Under the pieces are notes generated by a model, which was not told the DNA's origin, did not search any database, and saw nothing but the letters and a program-made list of their open reading frames with translations. Of a stretch of DNA of 64,000 nt, positions 53,666 to 62,516 are shown one piece after another. Each line of letters starts with the position of its first letter. Position 1 is the first letter of the stretch. Made by a program: the position numbers and the translations under genes. This DNA comes from a virus (lineage: Duplodnaviria; Caudoviricetes): IMG/VR virus record IMGVR_UViG_3300047469_000103, positions 96,001 to 160,000 of that record; one strand, written 5' to 3'.

Positions 53666-54408
53666 ACGGTGACTTCCTGAGTAGGTGCGGCGTGGACAAG
53701 GGAAACGGATTTGGTAGCGGTGATTTTGTAATCGTACCAACCGGGCAAATGTTTCATCACGCCCGGTTCTTTGTGACTGTCGAACATATGCGGCGTGCTG
53801 CTGATAAACAAACCAGAAGCTTTTTCGAATTCCGCGATAATGTGATCGTGCCAACGCTCAAGCATGCGCGCTTCTTTTTCGTTGGTTTCAACTTTGTCGC
53901 TGAAAACCGGCGATGCGTTGCCTTTGAATTCTTCAATCGACCGGCGCATGTGTTTCAGTTCGCGGATCAAATCGTAGGTTTCGTAAAGCTCAGTGAAATC
54001 CGGCGTGTCGAAGTGCCGTTTGATTTTGCTGTACGCCAGAAGGTTTTCACCGATGTTGCGATGCGTGACATTTACGTCGAGACGAAATAGGCCGTCGCCA
54101 TTGTCATTCATCTGGCCGTAATGTGCGATTGGATATTGGTTGTGCCACACGTGACCATTTTCAGCAGTCAGAACAAAACCGTCGTTTTTCTTTTCGTCGC
54201 TGGCGTTGTCCCACTCACCCGGAACTTTGTGATGCTCTTTCACGACCAGCTTTTGGAATTCCAGACGCGGGTAAATTTCTGCGCCTTCGTCGATTTGCTG
54301 GTGGCATTCGTCACGCCACGGAACAAAGCGCGAGAACGCCGGGTAAAACATATTCTTGCGAATGTGTGCGAACAGAGTCCAGATTTCTTCCCCGATTTCG
54401 TAGCGCAT
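53662..54408 (-). CDS. Conserved phage protein (248 aa)
   Basis: HKVPGEWD...DGFVL...W.NQYP..HYGQ. Confidence 0.8.
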   Translation of the reverse strand: MRYEIGEEIWTLFAHIRKNMFYPAFSRFVPWRDECHQQIDEGAEIYPRLEFQKLVVKEHHKVPGEWDNASDEKKNDGFVLTAENGHVWHNQYPIAHYGQMNDNGDGLFRLDVNVTHRNIGENLLAYSKIKRHFDTPDFTELYETYDLIRELKHMRRSIEEFKGNASPVFSDKVETNEKEARMLERWHDHIIAEFEKASGLFISSTPHMFDSHKEPGVMKHLPGWYDYKITATKSVSLVHAAPTQEVTV

Positions 54409-54710
54409 TATTTATTCCCTTTTTGAGTAGGTTGGTCTAGGCGTTCAACCGCAATTCGCATTGCGATGTTTTTCAATCGTTCTTGCATGAGTTCAACAAA
54501 CCGCATGTTGCCGTATGACGCTAAAACAATTCGGTTTACATCAGCGCCGGGAAATTCAGTAGCGGCGAGAAATCCGTACTGGTAATACACAATGGAGCCA
54601 TCGTTCTGTTCTTGGGAAACGCACGGAGCGAGAATGGCGTTTACCAAATCATTTGTCATCGAATCCAAATCAACGCCTAGTGCGTTTTCCAGCAGAGTGA
54701 GTGTCAGCAT
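54408..54710 (-). CDS. Hypothetical protein (100 aa)
   Basis: Start set at 54710 (GAGGT RBS); the track's TTG start lies in the hairpin element. Confidence 0.75.
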   Translation of the reverse strand: MLTLTLLENALGVDLDSMTNDLVNAILAPCVSQEQNDGSIVYYQYGFLAATEFPGADVNRIVLASYGNMRFVELMQERLKNIAMRIAVERLDQPTQKGNK

Positions 54711-54741
54711 TGCGTAAACCTCGTAGGGACGTTTCAGTAAT

Positions 54742-54769
54742 TCCAAAGCGCACTCTTTCGAATGCGCAG
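54742..54769 (-). repeat. Conserved intergenic hairpin, GAAA loop (copy 2 of 3)
   Basis: Minus strand CTGCGCATTC-GAAA-GAGTGCGCTTTGGA. Confidence 0.85.
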
Positions 54770-54782
54770 AAGAATTAAAGAA

Positions 54783-55238
54783 TCACACGCGTTTGCCGTT
54801 TTTGTCGAGGCGATAAATGCGCGTGGTTTGCAGCGGCGGTATGCCTTGCGTTTCGTTGAAGTGAAGTTCTGCGCAGGCCATTACAGCGAAAGCGTAGCAA
54901 CGCGGATACTGCCCAGCGCCACTGTGAGGCCCGTAGAGCGACGTAAAGCCAATCCCGTCGCCCATCGTAACCGTTACGCCTCTTTCGTGCCCTACGGCGC
55001 TCATGCGAAGTTTCAGCGCAAGCATAACCGTATGCGATTGGTCTTTGTACGGGTTGAACTCCATCGGACAACCGCCTGCCAGTTCAAAACCGGGCGGCGT
55101 GTAGAATGCCCGAATCGAATGATCGCTCATTCTTGAAAACGGGCCTTCCAGTTCGCACAGTTCCGCACACGCAATCAACAACGCCGAGGCGCCGGGTTCT
55201 TCTTTGATTACGATGTTGCACCAAACCTGCTTTTTCAT
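54783..55238 (-). CDS. Hypothetical protein, possibly NinX/DUF2591-like
   Basis: FNPYKD.....LALKL.M.V...YAFAVM.CA. Confidence 0.7.
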   Translation of the reverse strand: MKKQVWCNIVIKEEPGASALLIACAELCELEGPFSRMSDHSIRAFYTPPGFELAGGCPMEFNPYKDQSHTVMLALKLRMSAVGHERGVTVTMGDGIGFTSLYGPHSGAGQYPRCYAFAVMACAELHFNETQGIPPLQTTRIYRLDKNGKRV

Positions 55239-56206
55239 TTCTTCGCCTTTTGCAATTTGTCGTAGGCTGAAATCGACAGACCGGCGCGACGTGCTTCGTT
55301 CAATTGCGCGATACGCAATGTCAGGTGTTGCAAATCCTGCATTACGCCTTCGTGAATCTTTTCGTCAGCGACCGACCATTTCTTCGGATCAATTTTACCG
55401 ACCGGCTTTTTATTCGCGTCGGTGAAATCTTTCAGCGTCTGCACATGCTCAGGCAGTTTCGGTCTGCGGCCAGTCCGTGCGGCTTTTACTTTGCCGTCGT
55501 TAATGGTTTTCGCAACCTGTGCAACGATTGGCCCTTTCGGATTAATCGCTTCCGAAATCAGCGCCAAATCGTTCTGGCCTTTTACGCGTGGCGGGCGTTT
55601 CGGAATTGGCTTCGCGGCCAGTTGCGCTTTAGTCGGCTTGCCGGTTTTGATTTCCGGCGATTCCGCTGCAATTTGCGCGATGGTTTTACCGACCGTCTTT
55701 TCTTCGCGACCGTGCATTTGTTGAATGGCGCGATTCCAGCCGAAACCGTCAGCAGCTTTTTTGCCCAGCTTCGTCAGCGCGTAGCCAAACGATTTCTTCG
55801 CTTGTACGGTTACGTGTTGCATCAACAGCGCGTCGATAGAACCGTGGAAATGCTGCGAAACGATTTTTAGGCAAGTATCGAAATCGTCGCCGTTTACCTT
55901 CGCGGTAATTGCTTCGCGATCTTTCAGGCTTACACGGGAAGCTTTACCGGCCTGTACGTTTTCGGTTTCGATAGCCTTGAGCAATTTCGCTGCGGACGCG
56001 TAGCTTTTCACTACAGCGAAACGAGCAGGCGCTTTGCCCGGTGCCATCGACACAAACGCATGCGCGCCCGGTGCCATTGCCAGAAGCGAAATCGAAGCGA
56101 CTGGATTTTCTTTTTTGGTGTCGAGCAGGTTATAGATGGTCACAGCACCTTTTGCGAAAACGAGTTTGTGCTGGGGGAACATTACACGAGCGTCGGACTG
56201 TTTCAT
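55235..56206 (-). CDS. Basic Lys/Ala/Pro-rich protein (323 aa)
   Basis: AAGGAAG RBS. Confidence 0.85.
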   Translation of the reverse strand: MKQSDARVMFPQHKLVFAKGAVTIYNLLDTKKENPVASISLLAMAPGAHAFVSMAPGKAPARFAVVKSYASAAKLLKAIETENVQAGKASRVSLKDREAITAKVNGDDFDTCLKIVSQHFHGSIDALLMQHVTVQAKKSFGYALTKLGKKAADGFGWNRAIQQMHGREEKTVGKTIAQIAAESPEIKTGKPTKAQLAAKPIPKRPPRVKGQNDLALISEAINPKGPIVAQVAKTINDGKVKAARTGRRPKLPEHVQTLKDFTDANKKPVGKIDPKKWSVADEKIHEGVMQDLQHLTLRIAQLNEARRAGLSISAYDKLQKAKK

Positions 56207-56247
56207 TTTGTACTTCCTTTTTGATGAATTCGGATTTTACTCGGCTA

Positions 56248-56268
56248 CGCACTCGTTAGAATGCGCAG
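56248..56268 (-). repeat. Conserved intergenic hairpin, TAAC loop (copy 3 of 3)
   Basis: Minus strand CTGCGCATTC-TAAC-GAGTGCG. Confidence 0.85.
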
Positions 56269-56278
56269 CGATAGTGGG

Positions 56279-56641
56279 TCAGAATTCTTGCAGTGTTGCA
56301 GCGATATCATGCGGGATCAAATACATTTCGCATTCGTCCGACATGGTAGTCAGGCTAACCAACGTGCCGTGCAATTCGCGCAATTCACGCGTGGCGGTCA
56401 TGTAGCGGCTGTACGATTCGTTCGTCAGGCCACCGGCCAAATCAGTGACCAGCAATGCGGTTTGTGCGAACGCATTTTTCAGCGCCAGCATTACGTCGCA
56501 TTTCTTAACGTCGTTGATTTCGTCGTATTCGATTTTCCAGAAAGCATCTGGCACGTTGTCCAGCGAACGCACGGTATCGAACAAATCATATTGCATGGTG
56601 GTAATGCGACGGCCCGGTGCGCAGATATATAACCAACTCAT
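56279..56641 (-). CDS. Hypothetical protein (120 aa)
   Basis: Start at ATGA junction 56641. Confidence 0.75.
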   Translation of the reverse strand: MSWLYICAPGRRITTMQYDLFDTVRSLDNVPDAFWKIEYDEINDVKKCDVMLALKNAFAQTALLVTDLAGGLTNESYSRYMTATRELRELHGTLVSLTTMSDECEMYLIPHDIAATLQEF

Positions 56642-56811
56642 TTGTCTTGTTTCCTTTTCTCTTCGGCAATCATTGCCTTTGTTTGAAATGCGTCCCACTC
56701 TTCGGCGGTTACTTCCCGGCCACCGGCTGCGAGTTCTTCACGCAAACCGGATTCAGTAGTGGTGACGGCTTTTGACTGGTAACGGTCGTTTACGATCCAG
56801 TGCATTTTCAT
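56638..56811 (-). CDS. Microprotein (57 aa), not in ORF track
   Basis: MKMHWIVNDRYQSKAVTTTESGLREELAAGGREVTAEEWDAFQTKAMIAEEKRKQDK; ATGA overlap at both ends. Confidence 0.8.
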   Translation of the reverse strand: MKMHWIVNDRYQSKAVTTTESGLREELAAGGREVTAEEWDAFQTKAMIAEEKRKQDK

Positions 56812-57503
56812 TCAGACGGTTCCTGCGATTCGACGAATTCGTAAGTTTCGACATTCCGTTCGATGGTGAAATCTGCACCGAATTGATCGTCGAATACTTG
56901 ACCGATTTTAAACGCAGCGGCCAACTCACTATCGGCGTGAATTTGATGCGTTACACACACCAGCTTTTCGCCTTCAGGTTTAAACGTCAGGTCGAAAGCG
57001 TAATTCATGCCTTCGGTTTGTGCGACTTGAGCATTCGCCCAATCGAGCGCGTCATTCCACGACGTTTGCAGCAGCAGATAAACCGGCATCTGATAATCAA
57101 CCGGAACCACTGTGCAAGTTGCTTGAAAGATATTCAGCTTTTGGAATTTGCTGAAATCAATGTGCGTGGAAATATTCAGCGGCTGTTCGGCGGCAATTTC
57201 CGCATCGCTGTAATATACGAAACCACGACCACGACGGCGCACGTTTTTCAGTACGCCTTCAAATTCACCGAAGGTACGGAACCGGCCATCTTTGTAGCAC
57301 TTGATAACCTGCTGTTGCTTTCCGTCAATGGTGATATTGCGGCCCATCACTTCCGAAGCCATAACCATCGGGCGATTGATTTGTTGCGGTGCAACTTCTT
57401 CAGCGGCTTTTACAGCGGCATCGCTGGCTTCTTTGTCGTAGCTTGCTTCGTGCGCTTTCGCAGCGGCCAGAACGAACACAGCCAGTTGGTTTTGCGATTT
57501 CAT
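56808..57503 (-). CDS. Mosaic hypothetical protein (231 aa)
   Basis: GAGG RBS. Confidence 0.8.
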   Translation of the reverse strand: MKSQNQLAVFVLAAAKAHEASYDKEASDAAVKAAEEVAPQQINRPMVMASEVMGRNITIDGKQQQVIKCYKDGRFRTFGEFEGVLKNVRRRGRGFVYYSDAEIAAEQPLNISTHIDFSKFQKLNIFQATCTVVPVDYQMPVYLLLQTSWNDALDWANAQVAQTEGMNYAFDLTFKPEGEKLVCVTHQIHADSELAAAFKIGQVFDDQFGADFTIERNVETYEFVESQEPSE

Positions 57504-57541
57504 GATGTAGCCTCTTTCGGTCGATTTGGTTTACTACTGAC

Positions 57542-57563
57542 AAAACCCGCACGAGGCGGGTTT
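57542..57563 (-). terminator. Intrinsic terminator
   Basis: AAACCCGC-CTCGT-GCGGGTTTT on minus strand. Confidence 0.75.
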
Positions 57564-57574
57564 GTTTTCAGCGG

Positions 57575-57727
57575 TTACGTCGAGAGCGAGTCGATTAGTT
57601 CGTCCTCTTCCTCCCAACAGGAAATGTGAAGGGCTTCACCAAACGGGCCACGCTCGTTAGTGATTCCGCCACAATTACGGCAGCGGGATTCCCCATCATC
57701 AGGAATTTCTACGCGTTCGCTATCCAT
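57575..57727 (-). CDS. Acidic Zn-binding microprotein (50 aa), not in ORF track
   Basis: MDSERVEIPDDGESRCRNCGGITNERGPFGEALHISCWEEEDELIDSLST; GGAGG RBS. Confidence 0.75.
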   Translation of the reverse strand: MDSERVEIPDDGESRCRNCGGITNERGPFGEALHISCWEEEDELIDSLST

Positions 57728-58012
57728 TTAAATTTCCTCCGAGCGGTCTTCGATGAATTGTTGGCCGTCAAAATCGCACGGCATGAAACGATCAGTGCCG
57801 GGAACGCGTTTCTGAATCCGCGTAGGTTCGATTTCGTAAATGAAATCACCATCGCGCAATTCGATGCGGCACCACGGGTACGACTTGTGTTCGTCGAAAG
57901 AAGCCATCGCCTCTTCCAGCGTTTCGAACGAATCGCAGAACTTGCAATTCTCTTCGGTCATGCCGTCAGTGGTTTCGTACTTACCGGCTGCAACGCTGAA
58001 TTTCATGCTCAT
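57728..58012 (-). CDS. Hypothetical acidic protein (94 aa)
   Basis: Start 58012 (GAGGA RBS). Confidence 0.8.
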   Translation of the reverse strand: MSMKFSVAAGKYETTDGMTEENCKFCDSFETLEEAMASFDEHKSYPWCRIELRDGDFIYEIEPTRIQKRVPGTDRFMPCDFDGQQFIEDRSEEI

Positions 58013-58039
58013 GTTTATTTCCTCGTGGGGGCTTATTTC

Positions 58040-58063
58040 AAAAACCCGCAAGGGCGCGGGTTT
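58040..58063 (-). terminator. Intrinsic terminator
   Basis: AAACCCGC-GCCCTT-GCGGGTTTTT on minus strand; same stem as 57542. Confidence 0.8.
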
Positions 58064-58078
58064 ATTCGAAAGGGGATT

Positions 58079-58252
58079 TTATTTGCGTGGCGTAGTCACA
58101 AACGACTGCGCGATTTCTTCCAGTTGCTCAGCGCTAAGTTTCGGCGCGTCCGGGTAATACGTGTTCATTGCTGTTTCGTATTCCTCGCGGGTTATTAATC
58201 CGCTTGCTGCCAGTTCGTTGTATTCGTTTACCGGTAGCTCTTTAACGATCAT
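58079..58252 (-). CDS. Acidic microprotein (57 aa), first gene after P58.3; not in ORF track
   Basis: MIVKELPVNEYNELAASGLITREEYETAMNTYYPDAPKLSAEQLEEIAQSFVTTPRK; leader box upstream. Confidence 0.8.
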   Translation of the reverse strand: MIVKELPVNEYNELAASGLITREEYETAMNTYYPDAPKLSAEQLEEIAQSFVTTPRK

Positions 58253-58255
58253 CGC

Positions 58256-58276
58256 AAACTTCCTTTAATCCGTTAG
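58256..58276 (-). promoter_or_regulatory. Conserved leader/RBS box (CTAACG-gatt-AAAGGAAGTTT)
   Basis: Seen directly; leader also has hairpin CGGGCA-AGCCG-TGCCCG at 58288-58304. Confidence 0.8.
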
Positions 58277-58314
58277 GGTCGGAATCTCGGGCACGGCTTG
58301 CCCGTGTGACTTTC

Positions 58315-58342
58315 ATTGTACCTAAACGGCAAAAGGAATCAA
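58315..58342 (-). promoter_or_regulatory. sigma70-like promoter P58.3
   Basis: TTGATT-16 nt-TACAAT. Confidence 0.7.
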
Positions 58343-58620
58343 GCCCCCGTGTAACCTTCGATAACCGCCCCGTGCCAGTAGCGCCCGGTCAATAGCCAAC
58401 GCGTGTTGTCCGTGGCCCCTGTAGCGATGTGCAGCGCCTTTGCCTCTTCTTCTGTTAGAGGTTCTGACGCCTTGCCTTGCAAAAGGCGCTCGTGCGCTTT
58501 CTGTAGAACTTCATAGGCGCGTTTGTAACCGTCGCGTTTCAGTTCCCGGCGAATCTGCGCAAATCGTGTTGCGCTGCAATCGCCTACAATTCTGTTTCCT
58601 TGCCGCAGTCGAATTCTCAT
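58339..58620 (-). CDS. Hypothetical protein (93 aa)
   Basis: ATGA coupling. Confidence 0.8.
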   Translation of the reverse strand: MRIRLRQGNRIVGDCSATRFAQIRRELKRDGYKRAYEVLQKAHERLLQGKASEPLTEEEAKALHIATGATDNTRWLLTGRYWHGAVIEGYTGA

Positions 58621-59366
58621 GTCACCGATTCCATGTAGGTTTTGAAATCCCGCACATTTGGACTGGCGGGGAAAATAACAAAGTCATCCGATTCCTGAGA
58701 CTTGTTAAACGTGCCACTGAAATAAACGCCGTTCACTGTCGATAGGTCTTCGATGGTTGTGTTCGGCGTGCGCACCAAAATGAATTCCACGACCGGCGCG
58801 TAATGTTGCAGCGTGCATTGCAGAACGTGTAAATCGAAACCGACCATACATTCTACTTCGTGCGTCATGCGATCCAGCGTGAGGCATTTATGTTTCTTGC
58901 CGCGCCATTCGAAAACGCCCAGTCGCAGAATTAATTCCGCGTTGCAGTTTAAACCGGCTGGTAAATCATCCGTCGCCGGTTCGTTACGTTCCATTTTCAA
59001 ACGCATGGAAATGCTTTGCTTCTGAATGCCGTAAGCCAGCATTGTCAGCCACGGAATATTTCCCGTGATCGTGTTGTAAAACTGCGCGTCTGCAAAATCG
59101 AAATACACAACGTCGCTCACTGGCATTTTGTGTTGTGTATGTTTCCACACTGCCAACGCAAGATGCTTCGGTAAACGTAACGCCGTAGTCCAGCGACTAA
59201 CGCCGTGCAAACCAGCGCCGTACAGAATCGCGAAACCGCACGCCAGCACCAACAACACGCGGCCAATAAATGGCAGCACGTATTTAACAATGAGAAACGC
59301 GAATGCCAGAACTAGAAACGCAGTGATCCACGAATTAAGCTGGATGCTGGAAATGGTATTAAACAT
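58617..59366 (-). CDS. Membrane protein (249 aa)
   Basis: Two N-terminal TMs; GAGGT RBS. Confidence 0.8.
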   Translation of the reverse strand: MFNTISSIQLNSWITAFLVLAFAFLIVKYVLPFIGRVLLVLACGFAILYGAGLHGVSRWTTALRLPKHLALAVWKHTQHKMPVSDVVYFDFADAQFYNTITGNIPWLTMLAYGIQKQSISMRLKMERNEPATDDLPAGLNCNAELILRLGVFEWRGKKHKCLTLDRMTHEVECMVGFDLHVLQCTLQHYAPVVEFILVRTPNTTIEDLSTVNGVYFSGTFNKSQESDDFVIFPASPNVRDFKTYMESVT

Positions 59367-60042
59367 TTTTGTACCTCACTTGATCCTTGAGAAATTCGTC
59401 GTGGGTAATTGTCAGGCGAACCAGTGAAGCGGAACGGTCGTCTTTACCCACACCCGGAATTACCAGCGACGTTTTTACGTGCGTGTATTTGTGCTGCAAA
59501 ATCTGGCGGGCGAATTCCGCCGCTTCAGCACACGTCGTTTTAAAATCGTCTTCGTGCATGTCGAAATGCGGCATGGCGATAATGTCGATGTACTCGGCGC
59601 CGGTCGTGTGGTGATCCGTATAAACGATGTTGTCACCGTCCCACGCTTTCGGCCACAGACTGCCATTCGTGCGCACGTATCCAATTGACACGCCCGTATC
59701 TTGGCGACCGGGAGACGTGAATTCGAAGTCACCATAAAACACCGAAGTGCAGCGGTGAATTTCCAGCAGCTTTTCGCCCGGTTCGATTGGCGCCGGTTCG
59801 TGCTGGATTAATGGGAATTCAATAATGTTGCGCGTCAAATCTTGCGCAAGACAGAAACCTTGAAACAGGGTATCGAGACGCACGCCCGAATAACCGGATT
59901 CGGTACGCATGTCGGCGTAGACTTCGATGGCGCGGCAATTTAATTTGCTCATGGCCTTTTCGAATTTCTCACGATCCAACGCGAAATTCACTTTGCGCTG
60001 GTCTTCGGAGAGTTTGAATTTCGGAGGGAAAGAAATATTCAT
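59359..60042 (-). CDS. Hypothetical protein (227 aa)
   Basis: ATGA coupling. Confidence 0.8.
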   Translation of the reverse strand: MNISFPPKFKLSEDQRKVNFALDREKFEKAMSKLNCRAIEVYADMRTESGYSGVRLDTLFQGFCLAQDLTRNIIEFPLIQHEPAPIEPGEKLLEIHRCTSVFYGDFEFTSPGRQDTGVSIGYVRTNGSLWPKAWDGDNIVYTDHHTTGAEYIDIIAMPHFDMHEDDFKTTCAEAAEFARQILQHKYTHVKTSLVIPGVGKDDRSASLVRLTITHDEFLKDQVRYKNV

Positions 60043-60335
60043 TCGCGGTCTTCCTTGAAATCGTTTTTGTGACGGCGCTTGTATTCACCATAACCGCGAC
60101 TGCAATTTGCGATTATGTCTTCGTACCGGCCAATGGGATATGCGTCTGCCATTTCTGGCGGCATTTCGTATTCCTTCGCATACGCTTTTGCATTCTCTTC
60201 AGTGTCGAAGAAAATATGCACGCTGCGAGCGTTGGTGTAATCGTAGCCACCGGGGATATACCAGCGGCTGACGACGAATTTCGATGTGGGTTTTCTGTAC
60301 AGCGTGCCTTCGTGTTCCGTGGTGTACAGATTCAT
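60039..60335 (-). CDS. Hypothetical protein (98 aa)
   Basis: Tiles. Confidence 0.8.
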   Translation of the reverse strand: MNLYTTEHEGTLYRKPTSKFVVSRWYIPGGYDYTNARSVHIFFDTEENAKAYAKEYEMPPEMADAYPIGRYEDIIANCSRGYGEYKRRHKNDFKEDRE

Positions 60336-60337
60336 TT

Positions 60338-61063
60338 TTAAACCCCCAGCACTTTACGTTGGCGTGGAGTGAGTGCAGCGAGCGCTTCGGCCTTTTCTTT
60401 TTTCGCCTTGGCATCTTTGCGCTCTTTCGCTTTGCGTGCCTTGTCGGCTTTCTCGTGCGTTTCCCACCACGCGGCAACGTCACGCATGCGCGCATCTTTT
60501 GCATCGCTGTACAGCAATTTGTCGCGCTCTGCTTTTGGCAACGCGGTAATGATCGCGCACAGTTCGGTTTCGCAGCGTTCGTCCGAAGCGTAAATGTTTT
60601 TCTCTTCACGCTTGAGCCACGCAGGCACCGTCATTTCCAGACGCTTGCGTACAACGATTTGGTAACGCGCAGCATCGCGCAGTTTGATTTCTTTTTGGGT
60701 CGGTTCCATATGATCGCAATTGCAAGGCATGATTTTTCCCTCACGGACATTATTAACAAAAGTGACGACCGCGTTTTCGATAATGCGCAACGGGTCTTGT
60801 GTGTGCGTGCCTTCGTTCCAGATTTCAGGCGTACACGAAACTTCGAAATTAAATTCCACGCCCCGGCGTAGAAATCCAGTTACGCGGTTTGGGTTTCGGC
60901 GTTCGTGCGAATCCGTCATCCATTCCCACCGCCAGCCAATCGGCAATTCTGGCAATCGGAATTCGTATTTCTTGGGAATCTCTTTTCCCGTGACTGGCAC
61001 CTTTCCGCGCCAGCCGTAACGACCGTTCTTTAATCCGGTCGTCCATGCTTTTAGTGCGCCCAT
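60338..61063 (-). CDS. Hypothetical protein (241 aa), basic C-terminus
   Basis: GGAG RBS; PCNCDHMEP, CETELC. Confidence 0.8.
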   Translation of the reverse strand: MGALKAWTTGLKNGRYGWRGKVPVTGKEIPKKYEFRLPELPIGWRWEWMTDSHERRNPNRVTGFLRRGVEFNFEVSCTPEIWNEGTHTQDPLRIIENAVVTFVNNVREGKIMPCNCDHMEPTQKEIKLRDAARYQIVVRKRLEMTVPAWLKREEKNIYASDERCETELCAIITALPKAERDKLLYSDAKDARMRDVAAWWETHEKADKARKAKERKDAKAKKEKAEALAALTPRQRKVLGV

Positions 61064-61066
61064 GAA

Positions 61067-61327
61067 TTACTCCACAAACCACTCTTTGCCGTTCAACCAC
61101 ACGGCGCCTTTTTCTTCCAGCGTCTTTGCCATTTCGTCAGTAACGATGCAAAGTGTCGCTGGCCCTTCGACCGTGCTGTATTCAGCGTAAGAACCAGCGG
61201 CTTTAATTTCTGCGGCCTTCGCGTTGAACTGTTCTTTGGTTTTCGCCACCAAATAACCGTCGTGGCGATTTCCCCAACCAGCTTCATATTCACGGACGCT
61301 GTTGAAATACGCTACGTTCTGAGACAT
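61067..61327 (-). CDS. Conserved small phage protein (EYExGWG..DG motif)
   Basis: VREYEAGWGNRHDGYLV; AAGGA RBS. Confidence 0.8.
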   Translation of the reverse strand: MSQNVAYFNSVREYEAGWGNRHDGYLVAKTKEQFNAKAAEIKAAGSYAEYSTVEGPATLCIVTDEMAKTLEEKGAVWLNGKEWFVE

Positions 61328-61362
61328 ACAATTTTCCTTCTATTATGTTTCCTAGCATCCCA

Positions 61363-61386
61363 TTGCCTACCAACACGGATAGGCAA
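61363..61386 (-). promoter_or_regulatory. Intergenic hairpin TTGCCTA-N10-TAGGCAA
   Basis: 7-bp perfect inverted repeat in a spacer; no U-tract. Confidence 0.45.
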
Positions 61387-61401
61387 GTGGATAACGTCGG
61401 A

Positions 61402-61650
61402 TTAAAAATTTACATGCAGCGTGTGACTGATGAAAGAATAATTACCCGGCATCACGTCAGGATCAAGATTCAATTCGTCCGGGTCTACGTCCGGGTTGTA
61501 GATCATGGTTTCCGCCGAGAAATAAACCGGCGCCCACCAATCGTACAAATCGAAACAGGCGCAGTAGGTCATTTGGTCAGGCCCGCTATCAACGTCGAGA
61601 AACGCAGTAACAGCACCATTGCGACCATGCTTCACTTCGAAATTAAACAT
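61402..61650 (-). CDS. Hypothetical acidic protein (82 aa)
   Basis: GGGAG RBS. Confidence 0.8.
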   Translation of the reverse strand: MFNFEVKHGRNGAVTAFLDVDSGPDQMTYCACFDLYDWWAPVYFSAETMIYNPDVDPDELNLDPDVMPGNYSFISHTLHVNF

Positions 61651-61816
61651 CGTTCAAACTCCCTTTAGGCTTGAGCATGCGCGCCTTGCGCATGTACTCG
61701 TTTCGGTCTGCCAAGTATTCGGCAGCGGCCATAGTAAACCCGGCGTGTTTTGCTTTCAAGTAATACGTGTTCGCGTACCGGGCTTGATGCACGAGCCACC
61801 ACAGCGATTCGCTCAT
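61643..61816 (-). CDS. Microprotein (57 aa), not in ORF track
   Basis: MSESLWWLVHQARYANTYYLKAKHAGFTMAAAEYLADRNEYMRKARMLKPKGSLNDV; ATGA overlap. Confidence 0.75.
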   Translation of the reverse strand: MSESLWWLVHQARYANTYYLKAKHAGFTMAAAEYLADRNEYMRKARMLKPKGSLNDV

Positions 61817-62220
61817 ATGTCGTCTTCCATTGCTTGTTTGCGTTTGGCTTCGCGTTCCGCTCTACATTGAGCGTTGTAGATTTTCGAAGCCTTGCGATTA
61901 TATTCCTTCTTGAAATGCCAGCCGAAAATTCCGTACCAGCTAGACATATTGTTCGAAGTGCTTTGCATGCTGTTGCCGATGAACAGAAGCGGTTCAACAA
62001 AAATTGCACGCAGGATTTTAAGTGCGATGTGGCCCCAGTGCGCGCCACCTTTGTAATACAGCACGGCGTTATAAAGGCCGTAGCTCCAGCCGCGCAAAAG
62101 TGGGCGAGCAAGAAAACCGATGATAACCGGCGTCACGCAAAACCCGACGATCATGCAAGCGTATGCGTAAATCTGCACAGCCTTGGGCATGCCCATTAAT
62201 GTTGTGAAAATGGTTTCCAT
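61813..62220 (-). CDS. Membrane protein (135 aa)
   Basis: GAGG RBS; TM near N-terminus. Confidence 0.8.
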   Translation of the reverse strand: METIFTTLMGMPKAVQIYAYACMIVGFCVTPVIIGFLARPLLRGWSYGLYNAVLYYKGGAHWGHIALKILRAIFVEPLLFIGNSMQSTSNNMSSWYGIFGWHFKKEYNRKASKIYNAQCRAEREAKRKQAMEDDI

Positions 62221-62229
62221 GTTGCCTCC

Positions 62230-62502
62230 TTAACTGCGTGCGTCTTCGTGCAGCAGTTTCAATTCCTGCAATTTATCCGACAGTTCAATAAAGCCGTTGC
62301 CGGTGTGAACTTCGGTGCCGGTTGCAGTGACCATGTTCAACGTGAAGAATTCACGATCTGCAATTACGAGCGAGCCAACGAAAAACTCGTTGCGGTCAAC
62401 CTTGCGCGAAATGTTGTAAACCGCGCAACCGAGATAGCTGGCCGACGAAATGTTGATGTTAGGAGCGAACAGAGCTTTGACTGTGTTTCGTGAATGCAGC
62501 AT
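62230..62502 (-). CDS. Hypothetical protein (90 aa)
   Basis: GGAG RBS. Confidence 0.8.
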   Translation of the reverse strand: MLHSRNTVKALFAPNINISSASYLGCAVYNISRKVDRNEFFVGSLVIADREFFTLNMVTATGTEVHTGNGFIELSDKLQELKLLHEDARS

Positions 62503-62516
62503 GGTATTTCTCCGAA

